DNA from: an uncultured delta proteobacterium
Lineage (GTDB): Bacteria; Desulfobacterota; Binatia; Binatales; Binataceae
Assembly (NCBI GenBank): GCA_963733715.1
Contig: CAVTEN010000010.1
Coordinates: 8,520 to 72,519, forward strand
Direction: 5' to 3'
DNA: 64,000 nucleotides
Positions 53,611 to 64,000 of the stretch are shown here, one piece after another (within the stretch, counting starts at the first letter, position 1; every line of letters begins with the position of its first letter). The translations under genes and the position numbers were made by a program. The notes under the pieces were generated by a model, which saw nothing but the letters and a program-made list of their open reading frames with translations, had not been told where the DNA came from and searched no databases.

Positions 53611-54839
53611 TGATTATTATCTTCCGTTCCTCGTATGCCGCGGCCGAAGTCCCACTTGCGGCCCTTCTTGAACTCGCTCACGATTCGTCGCGATACCACC
53701 ATCCGATGCACTTCGTCGGGTCCGTCGTAAATTCGAGCGAAGCGCGCATGACGGTACATCCGGGCCAGCGGCGTGTCCTCCGACACGCCCATCGCGCCAT
53801 GCACCTGGATCGCGCGATCGATCACGTCGTGCAGCACCTTCGCGCCGAAGAATTTGATCAGTGATATCTCGACCCGCGCCTCGTCGCCGGCGTCGATCTT
53901 CGCCGCCGCGTTGAGCGTGAGCAATCGCGCGGCCTGAATCTCGGCGGCCGAGTCGGCAATCCAGTTCTGAATCGTCTGCTTGTCGGACAGCGGACCGCCG
54001 AACGCCTGTCGATTGATCGCCCGATCCACCATCAGCTCGAACGCCCGCTGCGCCTGCCCCAGCCATCGCATGCAATGGTAGATGCGCCCGGGGCCGAGCC
54101 GCTTCTGCGCAATCTTGAACGCCTGCCCGCGCGGGCCGAGCAGGTTCGTCAGCGGCACGCGCACGTCGGTGTATTTGATCTCGCAATGCCCGCCCGACGT
54201 CTCGCCCATCACCGGCACGATGCGCACGATCTGATAGCCCTTGGTGTCTGTGGGCACGACGATCATGCTGAAGCGTTCGTGCGCGGGCGCGTCGGGCTCC
54301 GTCACGCACATCACGGTCGAGAACGCTGCGACGTTGGCGCCGCTGGTGAACCACTTGTGCCCGTTGATTACCCATTCGTCGCCGTCCTGCACCGCGCGCG
54401 TGCGCAACCCGGTCGGATCGGCGCCCGAGACTTCCGGTTCCGTCATCGAGAAGCTCGGATAGATGTCGCCGTTGACCAGCGGCGCGAGCCAGCGCTTTTT
54501 CTGTTCGGGATTTCCGTACAGGTGCAGCATGGTGGCGTCCTGCGCGGAATGCGTGCCGAGGCCGGCGATCGCGTACTCGCTGCGCCCGACGATTTCATTG
54601 ACGAAGACATAGGGCATGAACTCGAGTCCGCCGCCGCCGATTTCCTTGGGCAGTCCGAGCGCCCACAGCCCGCGCTTTTTCGCCTCGGCCTGTATTGCCT
54701 TGAACGTGCGCGACGATTCCTCGCCGCCGCGCTCGAGAATTTTCTCGTTGGGATAGATGAGCTCGTCAAGAAATCCGGAAACCCGATTGCGCAGATCCTG
54801 TACTTCGGGACTAGCTTCAATTTCAGCAACACTTTGCAT
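53556..54839 (-). CDS. Acyl-CoA dehydrogenase
   Basis: Start at internal MQSVAEIE...; ACAD N-, middle and C-domains; the final ~30 aa are Arg/Gly-rich and may be out of frame. Confidence 0.8.
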   Translation of the reverse strand: MQSVAEIEASPEVQDLRNRVSGFLDELIYPNEKILERGGEESSRTFKAIQAEAKKRGLWALGLPKEIGGGGLEFMPYVFVNEIVGRSEYAIAGLGTHSAQDATMLHLYGNPEQKKRWLAPLVNGDIYPSFSMTEPEVSGADPTGLRTRAVQDGDEWVINGHKWFTSGANVAAFSTVMCVTEPDAPAHERFSMIVVPTDTKGYQIVRIVPVMGETSGGHCEIKYTDVRVPLTNLLGPRGQAFKIAQKRLGPGRIYHCMRWLGQAQRAFELMVDRAINRQAFGGPLSDKQTIQNWIADSAAEIQAARLLTLNAAAKIDAGDEARVEISLIKFFGAKVLHDVIDRAIQVHGAMGVSEDTPLARMYRHARFARIYDGPDEVHRMVVSRRIVSEFKKGRKWDFGRGIRGTEDNNHLRGGRHRHRRGGDPCTQ

Positions 54840-55217
54840 GGCAGTTCTCCTCGTGAGCGCAGTCGCGAACTGATCGTTATCGCGCATCACATCGCCGTGA
54901 TCAAGCGCTCTGCTCCCTCTCCTGTGCAGGGAGAGGATGAACGCGTGAGGGCATTCCATCGATACTGCGACAGTCGCAAGTTTCGCGCGTAATCGATATT
55001 CGACTGATTCTGCATCATCTGCTCTCGTATACTCGATGCGCACGCACGATCGAGCGCAGTATCGGTGGAGCTGCGAAATCACGCGCATGTTCGACGTGCG
55101 AACAATCATTGCGTCAGACGGAGACGATGCGAACCATCGAGAGTTATGCCGATGACCTACCACGCTTGACGCGTAGCCGTCTACGCTTGAGATGGCTCGG
55201 ACCTAGTCGCTATACAT

Positions 55218-55510
55218 GTGGATCGCATAGCCGACAACCGACGGATCAATGACAATGATCCGACAGTGACCGTCTATGAAGCCCGACGCGCGATTCGCTG
55301 GCGAGCCGGGCGCGTCGGGAAGGCGCGAGTGCGCGTGAAACGCCGCGACGGCCAGGTCTTTATCATTCAGCCGGACCGCTCGCGTGCATTCCCCGCTCGA
55401 CGTGGCAGGGATCGACACCAATCTCTCAGCCGAGGAAATCGTCGATATGATTCGTGAGATGCGCCAGCGGGAAAGCGCGTCCCATCCAAGGGGTTCCGGT
55501 AGAACCGTTC
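55218..55510 (+). CDS. Small basic protein, possible DUF3018-like (putative antitoxin-type), frameshifted; weak call
   Basis: ..QVFIIQPDRSRAF.. and ..AEEIVDMIREMR.. loosely recall DUF3018 motifs (QIWVPD, AFIDAISEW); lies in a ~780-bp AT-richer gap. Confidence 0.25.
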
Positions 55511-55625
55511 GGAGGGCGGTGACGAAGAAGCCACAGTAGCGAATCCAAAAGTAGAATTCGCGATGGGCTGGCTTCGGGCGCTGTGATACGAACCGATAAT
55601 CACCTCTTAAAAAGGAAATATACAT

Positions 55626-56250
55626 ATGATCGATCTTTACACCTGGACGACGCCCAATGGCCGCAAGCCCGCAATCATGCTCGAGGAGTGCGGGCTCGAG
55701 TACTCGGTTCATCCGGTGAACATTCGCGAACGGCGAGCAGTTCAAGCCGGAGTTCGTGAAGATTTGTCCGAACAGCAAGATTCCCGCGATCGTCGATCAT
55801 GATGCGGGCGTCTCGATCTTCGAGTCGGGCGCGATACTCGTGCATCTGGCGGAAAAGACCGGCAAGTTCCTGCCCGCGAAAGATCCGGGGCGCGCGAAAG
55901 TGCTCGAATGGCTGTTCTGGCAGATGGCGAATATCGGCCCGATGCTCGGCCAGGCAAATCACTTCATCAACGCGGCGCCCGAGAAGATTCCCTACGCCAT
56001 CGACCGGTACGTCACCGAATGCGCGCGCCTGATCAAATTGCTCGACAATCAGTTGGCGCAGACCGAATATATGGCGGGCGACTACTCGATCGCGGACATC
56101 GCGACCTACCCGTGGGTTGTGGTCGGGTTTCCTGCGATCAAAGCGGCGAAGGCCGACGTGGTTGGCGAAGGCGCGAACGTCGCGCGATGGCTCGCCGCGG
56201 TCGGCGCGCGTCCCGCCGTGAAGAAGGGCATGGAAGTGCCGAAGGTCTAG
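55626..56250 (+). CDS. Glutathione S-transferase, frameshift near 55725
   Basis: MIDLYTWTTPNGRKPAIMLEE... N-terminal thioredoxin-like domain, then ..KIPAIVDHDAGVSIFESGAIL.. and an alpha-helical C-domain. Confidence 0.7.
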
Positions 56251-56262
56251 CTTCGAGCCGCG

Positions 56263-57253
56263 CTAGCGATTGAGCGAACCCATCATCGCGGCGGGATAGC
56301 GACCTCCCGCTGCGACGTCTTTCGGTGCGACCTCGTCGATTCGCTTGAGGTCGTCGGCGGTGAGGACGACGTCGAGCGCGCCCACGTTCTCTTCGAGATA
56401 CTTGCGCCGCTTGGTACCTGGTATCGGCACGATGTCGTCGCCTTGCGCCAGCACCCACGCCAGCGCGAGCTGCCCGGGCGTGCAGTGCTTGTCTTTGGCG
56501 ATCGCTTCGATACGCGCGACGAGCTGCAGATTCTTGTCGAAGTTCTCGCCCTGGAAGCGCGGCGAGAAGCGCCGGAAATCGTCGGGCGCCAGGTCGTCGA
56601 ATTTGCGAATCTGGCCGGTTAGAAATCCGCGCCCGAGCGGGCTGTACGCGACAAGCCCGACTCCCAGCTCGCGGCAGGTCGCGAGCGTTCCGTCTTCGGG
56701 CTCGCGGCTCCACAGCGAGTATTCGTTCTGCAGCGCCGCGATCGGATGCACCTTGCATGCGCGCCGAATCGTCTCGGGCGCCGCTTCGGACAGGCCGAGG
56801 TAACGCACTTTGCCGTCTTTCACCAGCTGCGCCATCGCGCCGACCGTATCTTCAATCGGCGTGTTGGGGTCGACGCGATGCTGATAGTAAAGATCGATCG
56901 TGTCGATGCCGAGGCGCTTGAGGCTCGCGTCGCAAGCGGAGCGCACGTACTCCGGGCGGCCGTTGATTTCGCGAAAAGTGGGATCAGAAGGTTTGCGCAC
57001 GATTCCGAACTTGGTCGCGATGACGAACTTTGTCGCGCCGTCCGCGAATCGCTCTGCCGACCAGCTCCTCGTTGCGATGCGGCCCGTAGGCGTCCGAGGT
57101 GTCCCAGAAGGTGACGCCCAGCTCGAGCGCGCGCTCGAGAGTGTCCATCGACTGCGCATCGTCGCGCGGCCCGTAAAAATCCGACATGCCCATGCATCCG
57201 AGGCCGATCGCCGACACGGTCAATCCGCTTCTTCCAAGTTGTCTGGTTTTCAT
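56263..57253 (-). CDS. Aldo/keto reductase, frameshift near 57040
   Basis: N-terminus [24 protein letters not shown] in ORF 56984..57253; body in ORF 56263..57159. Confidence 0.8.
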
Positions 57254-57341
57254 TTTTTCAGTTTGCGTCGACTCGCTCGTGCTGAGTACAGCGGCGCGAA
57301 TTCATTTGACAGCGCGCGCCTCGATGCGCTGAATTCGACCG

Positions 57342-57845
57342 ATGGCGGAACCTGCGCCGTCGGTTCCCAAACCCGATCTTCACGGATCGATCAATCACGT
57401 CTCGATCACCGTCAGCGATCTGCCGGAGGCGATGAAATTTTTCGGGCCGATGCTGAAATTCCTCGGCTACACCGTCGGCGGAATTTTTGACGACACGCGC
57501 ACCGGCGGCCGGCTCACCTTCAATATCAACGAGTCCAACGGCACCGCGTTCAATGTCTGGCAGGCGAAGACTGGAGCATCCGTTCGAGGTTTACGAACCG
57601 GGCCTGCATCACGTGGCGTTCAACGTCCAGCGGCACGAGCAGGTCGATGAACTGATGCGAGCTGGTGCGCTCGCTCGGCGCGGAAATTCTCGACGGTCCG
57701 GGCGAGTTCCCGTTCGGTCCCGGCGGCTACTACGCCTTCTACTTTCTCGGACCCGACCGCCTGAAATTCGAAATCGTGCACATGCCGCTGGCGGAGCGGA
57801 ACTACCGCGCAAATGATCGACGCGCTCGAACGCGGGTCGCGCTGA
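57342..57845 (+). CDS. VOC/glyoxalase-family protein, frameshifted
   Basis: INHVSITVSDLPEAMKFF..., later HHVAFNV and GPDRLKFEIVH in other frames; original frame reaches TGA at 57843. Confidence 0.5.
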
Positions 57846-57847
57846 CG

Positions 57848-59051
57848 ATGCGATACCGCGCGCTCAGCGACGTTCGCGTCGTCGATCTCACTCACTTCAT
57901 CGCGGGTCCCTACGCGACGAAGTTGCTGGCGGACATGGGCGCCGACGTCGTCAAGGTCGAGCCGCCATGGGGCGACGGCGGACGCAAGCTGGGGCCGCAT
58001 CGCGCGGCCGATGAGGATCGCGGCGGCCTGTTCGCATTTCTAAATCTCAACAAGCGCGGCGTCACGCTGAACCTGAAGCATGATCGCGGCCGCGAACTTC
58101 TCGCAGGTCTGCTCGACGGCGCCGATCTACTGATCGAAAATTTCGCGCCCGGCACTCTCGCCGCGCTTGGTCTCGCACCTGACGAGTTGATCGCGAAGTT
58201 CCCGAAGCTGTCGGTCGTTTCAATTTCGAATTTCGGGCAGGACGGGCCGGAACGCGACGGCAAGTTGAACGACCTGGTGCTGTTCGCGCGCGGCGGATGG
58301 ACGTTTCCGGTCGGCGAGCCCGATCGCGAGCCGCTGACGCCGCCGGGCTCGCTCGCGCAATACGTCGCGGCGCTGTACGGAGCGATTGCCGCGATGCAGG
58401 CGCTGGCGGCGCGCGATTTGGGACTTGGGCATGGGCAGCATATCGACGTGTCGATTCTCGAGGCGACGGTCGCCACGATGATCTACGAGACCGTCACGTT
58501 TCAGTACACCGGGATCGTGCGCAGCCGCGCGGGCAAGCGCTTCGCGGTCGGCCCGTTTTTGATCGTGACGCTGAAATGCAAGGACGGATACGCGGGACTG
58601 CATTGCGTGACCGACAAGCAGTTCGAAGGGCTTGTGCGATCTGATGGGGCGGCGCGAGCTTGCTTCCGATCCGCGGTTCAACACCGCGCTGAACCGGATG
58701 CTCAACAACGACGCGCTGCTTGAAATCGTCGAAGCGTTTTTCATCGGGCGCGAACGCAAGTGGCTCTACCGCGAGGGGCAGCGTCGCGCGATTCCGCTCG
58801 TGCCGATTCCGAGCGTGGCCGAAGTGCTCGAGTGGGAGCAGACGCGGGCGCGCAATTATTTCGAGACGATCGACGATCCGATGCTCGGCAAGATTCGCGT
58901 GCCGGGGACGCCGCTGCGGCTCACTTCGCATCGCGCGGAAGCGTCGCGGCCGGCGCCGCGACTCGGCGAGCACAATCGCGAAATTTTCGGCGAGCGATTG
59001 GGACTCAGCGACAGTGAGATCGAGACGCTGAAAAGAGCGGGCACGATATGA
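57848..59051 (+). CDS. Family III CoA-transferase, frameshift near 58630
   Basis: VRVVDLTHFIAGPYATKLLADMGADVVKVEPP...; C-terminus in ORF 58632..59051. Confidence 0.75.
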
Positions 59052-60287
59052 ACTCGATCTTCGACGGCAAGGTTCGCGTGCTCGACATCTCGATGGGATG
59101 GGCGGGGCCGCTGGTCGGCCAGATGTTCGCCGAGATGGGCGCCGACGTGATCAAGGTCGAGGATACGCATCACTTCGACTGGTGGCGCGGTTCGCTCTCG
59201 ATGGGGCCGCCGGAGATGCAGCCGATCGAGCGCGCCGCGGTTTTCAACACCGCAAATCGCGGCAAGCGGGGCATCACGCTCGATCTCGCGAGCGCGCGCG
59301 GAATTGAAATCCTGAAACGGCTGATCGAGGTCTCCGACATCCTGGTCGAGAATTTCAGTCCCGGCGTGATGGATCGGCTCGGGCTCGGCTACGAATCGGT
59401 GAGCGCGATCAATCCGCGGCTCATCATGATCTCGATGCCGTCGTTCGGGAGCGACGGTCCTGAATGCAACGCGCGCGGCTACGGCAACACGGTCGAGGCG
59501 ATGGCGGGAGTGACGGGGCTCACGGGATATCACGACGGCGACGGGCAGCGTTACACGCTCAGCAACGCGCTGGGCGATCCGGTCGGAGGATTGCACGGCG
59601 TATTCGCGCTGATGGTCGCGATGCGCGAGCGCGAACGCACCGGGCGCGGGCAGTTGATCGAGCTGGCGCAGGTCGAGTCGCTGATTCCGTTCGTCGCCGA
59701 CGCGATTGTCGATTTTCAATTCACTGAAAAAGTGCCGGCAGCGCGCGGCAACCGGCATCGCGAGCACGCGCCGCACGGAATTTACCGGTGCGCGGGAGAC
59801 GACAACTGGATCGCGCTTGCCTGCGAGACCGACGATCAGTGGCGAAGCCTCGCGGACGCGCTGGGGATTGATGACACACGCTTCGCCAGCGCGTCGGATC
59901 GCAAAGACCAACGAGGATGCGCTCGACGCGGAACTGTCGCGCGCGATTGCACAACTCAGCGCCGACGATTGCATCGCGCGTCTTCGCGAGGCGGGAGTGC
60001 TCGCTGCGCCGGTGAATCCGGCGTCGGCGGTGATGGCCGATCCGCAAATCCAGAGCCGCGAATATTTCGTCGCGATCGATCGCGCCGTCGTCGGGACGCA
60101 TCTCTATCCCGGCGCCGTCGCGCGCATCCCGGATACTCCGCTGCGCGCCGATACTCCCGCGCCGCTGCTGGGCGAGCATAACCGGCAGGTCTTCGCGGAG
60201 ACGCTCGGGATGACCGACGACGAGATCTCGGAGCTCGAGCGCAGCGGCGTGATTGGATCGAGTCCGCGGCAGTATCGCGTGGCGTAA
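59048..60287 (+). CDS. Family III CoA-transferase, frameshift near 59900
   Basis: VRVLDISMGWAGPLVGQMFAEMGADVIKVE...; C-terminus in ORF 59706..60287; start overlaps the previous stop (ATGA). Confidence 0.75.
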
Positions 60288-60418
60288 AAGTTTCGCCAAA
60301 TTTTCGGAAAACGCCGCTTAGCTGTTGTGCTTAAAAGCGAAAGTGTTTCACGTGAAACACTTTTTGTTCAGGAGAACGAAACGCGAATTGTTTTGGTGCT
60401 GCGGATGATGCCGAAGAA

Positions 60419-60452
60419 CCTAACCCCTAACCCCTTCCCGCGCGGGAAGGGG
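60419..60452. repeat. Palindromic repeat family D, copy 2 (CCTAACCCCTAACCCCTTCCC-GCGCG-GGAAGGGG)
   Basis: Inverted-orientation match to 33654..33688. Confidence 0.75.
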
Positions 60453-60518
60453 GACCGGATATTGGGGACCGGATTTGGAGGCTGACGGATTCTGAGATTA
60501 GTGGATGGTTTTTATAGT

Positions 60519-60851
60519 TCAATTCACGTTGTCTTTTGGGACGAAGCCTTGCAGGCCTTTGAACGCGCCGTCCATGACTTCGACCTGCGAGCCTTTGTCG
60601 TCGCTGCGGATGATTCGCACCGGAGTATTGTTATCGACCTGCTTGGCGGCGAGGCCTTCGCCGAGGCCTCCGATCATGCCGCCGACGCCGCCCTGCTTTT
60701 TCAAATCGACCAGTTTGGTGAACGTATCTTCGTCGGGATAGACGGCTACCGTGCTCTCGCCGTTGTGCGCGACCAGCTTATGACCGCATCCCGCGAGAGC
60801 GAGCGCGCCTCCAATCACAAATGCGCAGATGACGAGCGTCGAAATTCGCAT
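60519..60851 (-). CDS. Small lipoprotein, hypothetical
   Basis: Signal peptide plus lipobox LALAGC. Confidence 0.45.
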   Translation of the reverse strand: MRISTLVICAFVIGGALALAGCGHKLVAHNGESTVAVYPDEDTFTKLVDLKKQGGVGGMIGGLGEGLAAKQVDNNTPVRIIRSDDKGSQVEVMDGAFKGLQGFVPKDNVN

Positions 60852-61082
60852 CGAGAGTTCTCCTCTATCGCGGGTTCTAGCATGAGCTTCAGGAAAACGG
60901 CCATATCTTTCTGTGGATAGATTGCAGGCGGCTGTAGAAGATGATGCGTCCGTCGGAATCGAATCCTGGCGCGGTCTGACGGAATGAATTCCGTCCTACG
61001 GGTGAAAATTGCTAGGGATTCCGGGCCGTGATAGGCTTCTCGATTCGCCTCTGCGGGCATTGAGCGCCCGGAGCTAATCGTA

Positions 61083-61619
61083 ATGCGTATCGGCCTGATC
61101 TCTGACACTCATATTCCCGAAGCCTGCGAGCATCTGCCGGAAAAGGTGTTCGAGGTCTTTGCGGGGATCGACCTCGTGATGCACGCGGGCGATGTGTATG
61201 TGAATCGCGTGCTCGACGAGCTGTCTGCTATAGCACCGGTGATCGCGGCGCTCGGGAATGGCGATGAAGGCCTCGATGGGCATCGCTATCGGCTCGAGGC
61301 CGACGAGCGCGTGCGCGAGGCGCATCTGGTCGAAATCGCGGGCGTGCGAATCGGGCTGGTGCATGCGATCCCGACGCCGGACGAGACCTCGGAGGAAGTG
61401 TTCGCGCGCGCGATGAACACGCAATTCGGCGGGCCGGTGGACGTGGTCGTGCAAGGGCATAGTCACGTCGAGGGCGTGACGCGGTTCGGCGCGACGCTTG
61501 TCGTCAATCCGGGCAGCGCGACGCTGCCGCGCAATCTGGTCGGAGTGCCGGGAACGGTCGCGATACTGGAAATTTCAAACGGCGGCGAAGTGTCCGCCGA
61601 AATAATCAGCCTGGGCTAG
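61083..61619 (+). CDS. Metallophosphoesterase (YfcE/MJ0936 family)
   Basis: GLISDTHIP, GDV, GHSH motifs. Confidence 0.8.
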   Translation: MRIGLISDTHIPEACEHLPEKVFEVFAGIDLVMHAGDVYVNRVLDELSAIAPVIAALGNGDEGLDGHRYRLEADERVREAHLVEIAGVRIGLVHAIPTPDETSEEVFARAMNTQFGGPVDVVVQGHSHVEGVTRFGATLVVNPGSATLPRNLVGVPGTVAILEISNGGEVSAEIISLG

Positions 61620-61696
61620 CCCGGCTGTCACGAGCGATCCAGGAGGAATTGTTGTCTGCGGAAAACGCAGTGCCCGCGACCAAACGCGCGGTCACG

Positions 61697-62995
61697 ATGG
61701 AAAAAATTGTGAACCTGTGCAAGCGCCGTGGAATTGTTTTTCCGACGAGCGATATCTACGGGGGACTCGGATCCACTTTCGACTACGGCCCGCTCGGCGT
61801 CGAGCTGAAGCGCAACGTCAAGGAAGCGTGGTGGCGCGAGATGGTCCAGTACCGCAGCGACGTGCTGGGGTTGGACTCGGCGATTTTTCAGCATCCGCGG
61901 ACGTGGGAAGCTTCCGGGCATCTGAAAAATTTCACCGACCCGCTGGTCGATTGCAAAGAGTGCAAGCAGCGTTTTCGCGCTGACCATATCACCGGTGACA
62001 AATGCCCGAATTGCGGCGGAGAGCTGACGCCCGCGCGCAATTTCAACCTGATGTTCAAGACGTTCATGGGTCCGGTCGAAGACACGGCGGCAGTGGTCTA
62101 TCTGCGGCCGGAAACTGCGCAGGGAATTTTCTCGAACTTCGAGAACATAGTAGATACGCAGCGGGTCAAGCTGCCGTTCGGCGTCGCGCAGCAGGGCAAA
62201 TCGTTCCGCAACGAAATCACCACCGAGAATTTTATTTTTCGCACGCGCGAGTTCGAGCAGATGGAGATGGAGTTTTTCGTCCGGCCCGATCGCGAGGAAG
62301 AAGAGAAGTGGTATCGCTACTGGGTCGATTTCCGATTCAACTGGCACGTCAAATTCGGAATCAAGGGCGACCATCTGCGCAAGCGCGAGCATGCGACCGA
62401 TGAGTTGTCGCATTATTCGAGCGGCACTACCGATATCGAGTTTCTGTATCCGTTCGGATGGGGCGAGCTCGAAGGCGTCGCCAAGCGCGGCAGCTTCGAC
62501 CTCGATCAGCACGCGAAGTTCAGCGGCAGGGACCTTACTTACTTCGACGAGGATACCAAGACGCGCTTTCGGCCCTGGGTGATCGAGCCGGCGCTCGGCG
62601 TCGATCGCGCGATGCTGGCGTTCATGCTCGACGCGTATGATGAGGACGTGGTCGATAACGAGGAGCGAATCGTGCTGCGGCTCGATCCGCGACTCGCGCC
62701 GATCAAGGTTGCGGTGTATCCGCTGTTGCGCAAGGCGGGGCAGCCTGAAAAAGCGATTGCGATTCGCGACGCGCTCAAGCGTCATTTCACGGTCGCGTAC
62801 GATCAAGCGGGCTCGATTGGCCGGCGCTATCGGCGTCAGGATGAAGTCGGGACACCTTACGGCGTGACGATCGATCATCAGACAATGGAAGACGACACGG
62901 TAACGATCCGCGATCGCGATGCGATGACACAGGAGCGCGTGCCAGCCGCGCGGCTGGTCGAAGTGATCACAGATCGAATCGGCTGGACCCGTTAA
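61697..62995 (+). CDS. glyQS: Glycine--tRNA ligase (dimeric alpha2 type)
   Basis: MEKIVNLCKRRGIVFPTSDIYGGLGSTFDYGPLGVELKRNVKEAWW matches GlyRS N-terminus; start placed at internal Met. Confidence 0.9.
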   Translation: MEKIVNLCKRRGIVFPTSDIYGGLGSTFDYGPLGVELKRNVKEAWWREMVQYRSDVLGLDSAIFQHPRTWEASGHLKNFTDPLVDCKECKQRFRADHITGDKCPNCGGELTPARNFNLMFKTFMGPVEDTAAVVYLRPETAQGIFSNFENIVDTQRVKLPFGVAQQGKSFRNEITTENFIFRTREFEQMEMEFFVRPDREEEEKWYRYWVDFRFNWHVKFGIKGDHLRKREHATDELSHYSSGTTDIEFLYPFGWGELEGVAKRGSFDLDQHAKFSGRDLTYFDEDTKTRFRPWVIEPALGVDRAMLAFMLDAYDEDVVDNEERIVLRLDPRLAPIKVAVYPLLRKAGQPEKAIAIRDALKRHFTVAYDQAGSIGRRYRRQDEVGTPYGVTIDHQTMEDDTVTIRDRDAMTQERVPAARLVEVITDRIGWTR

Positions 62996-63059
62996 AAACT
63001 AAAAATTTAAAATTGTCGCCGCACGGTTTTGATGCGGTGAGGGGAGCAACGAATTTCAC

Positions 63060-64000
63060 ATGGGTCGCATTCATCCTGAGATCTACTTTTTCGGTGCGGG
63101 CGTGGCGGAAGGACGCGCCGAGATGCGCAATCTGCTGGGCGGCAAGGGCGCGAATCTCGCCGAGATGGCGCGGCTCAAGCTGCCGGTGCCGCCGGGTTTC
63201 ACGATCTCGACGAACGTCTGCAACTACTTTTACGATCACGGGCACAAGTATCCGAAGGGGCTGACCGAGGGCGTGGCGAAGAGTGTCGCGCGGGTCGAGA
63301 AGGCGCTCGGGCGTAAGTTCGGCGACGCGAAGAATCCGCTGCTGGTGTCGGTGCGATCAGGCGCGCGCGTTTCGATGCCGGGAATGATGGACACGGTGCT
63401 CAATCTCGGGCTCACCGACGAGACGGTGAAGGGGCTCGCGGAAATCAGCGGCAATCCGCGCTTTGCGTGGGACTCGTATCGGCGGTTCTGCCAGATGTTC
63501 GGGGACGTCGTGCTCAAGCTGAAGCCGGAGAACAAGAACGATCCCGATCCGTTCGAGGAAATTATCGATCACAAAAAGGCGACGCGCGGGGTGAAGAACG
63601 ACACCGACCTGAACGTCGACGACTTGCAGGAACTGGTCAGTGAGTTTCGCGCGCTGATTCGATCGCGAGTCGGGCGGGACATCCCGCAGGATCCGCGCGA
63701 GCAACTGTGGATGGCGATCGGCGCGGTGTTCGATTCGTGGCATAACGATCGTGCGATCACGTATCGGAAAATCAACAACATTCCCGGCGACTGGGGCACC
63801 GCAGTGACGGTGCAATCGATGGTGTTCGGCAATCTCGGCGACGATTGCGCGACCGGCGTCGCGTTCACGCGCGATCCGGGCACCGGTGAAAAAGGAATCT
63901 ACGGCGAGTATCTGCCCAACGCGCAGGGCGAGGACGTCGTCGCTGGCATCCGCACCGGGCGTCAGATCAGCGTTAAGGCTGGGCGCGAGTGGGCCAAGCG
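63060..64000 (+). CDS. ppdK: Pyruvate, phosphate dikinase, N-terminal part (runs off the window end)
   Basis: [51 protein letters not shown]... is the PPDK nucleotide-binding domain; frame open to window end. Confidence 0.88.
   Translation, partial: MGRIHPEIYFFGAGVAEGRAEMRNLLGGKGANLAEMARLKLPVPPGFTISTNVCNYFYDHGHKYPKGLTEGVAKSVARVEKALGRKFGDAKNPLLVSVRSGARVSMPGMMDTVLNLGLTDETVKGLAEISGNPRFAWDSYRRFCQMFGDVVLKLKPENKNDPDPFEEIIDHKKATRGVKNDTDLNVDDLQELVSEFRALIRSRVGRDIPQDPREQLWMAIGAVFDSWHNDRAITYRKINNIPGDWGTAVTVQSMVFGNLGDDCATGVAFTRDPGTGEKGIYGEYLPNAQGEDVVAGIRTGRQISVKAGREWAK

Noticed and set aside
55203-55778. 191-aa minus-strand ORF in the acyl-CoA DH / GST intergenic region
   Set aside because: No recognisable domain; overlaps the GST N-terminus on the opposite strand; likely spurious.
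62996-63059. Possible rho-independent terminator after glyQS
   Set aside because: Only a weak 5-bp stem (CCGCA...TGCGG) in an AT-rich spacer; not convincing.

Overview
High-GC (~65%) bacterial chromosomal window, possibly Acidobacteriota-like soil bacterium; the phylum guess is weak. The window is gene-dense and mostly housekeeping. Main contents: rimM-trmD-(SPOUT-like)-rplS; a bactofilin gene; a complete opp/dpp-type oligopeptide ABC operon preceded by TPR and LolB-like lipoprotein genes; an APC amino-acid permease; two ECF-type sigma/anti-sigma modules; two divergent GT-C (GT39/PMT-like) membrane glycosyltransferases next to a Thr/Ser-rich tri-repeat secreted protein; comM; a PaaX-like regulator divergent from a membrane fatty-acid desaturase; an NHL-type beta-propeller secreted protein; two pairs of adjacent family III CoA-transferases; ileS, lspA, aroB-aroK-aroC, priA, def-fmt-rsmB, rlpA, rpe, tRNA-Pro(CGG), plsY, glnB; an acyl-CoA dehydrogenase, GST, aldo/keto reductase, glyoxalase; glyQS and the start of ppdK. 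I found no transposase, integrase or CRISPR array. Two caveats matter. (1) About 20 genes, including essential ones (ileS, priA, lspA, plsY, aroB), carry one or more frameshifts. That pattern points to indel errors in the assembly rather than real pseudogenes. (2) Several families of short extragenic palindromic repeats (REP/MITE-like) sit at gene 3' ends. The most interesting candidates are: a putative protein O-glycosylation locus (two PMT-like glycosyltransferases, a tri-repeat Thr/Ser-rich secreted protein and an NHL protein); an ECF sigma/anti-sigma/DUF3106-like operon divergent from a His-rich tandem-repeat periplasmic protein; a perfect 24-bp inverted repeat between paaX-like and comM; and paired family III CoA-transferases.
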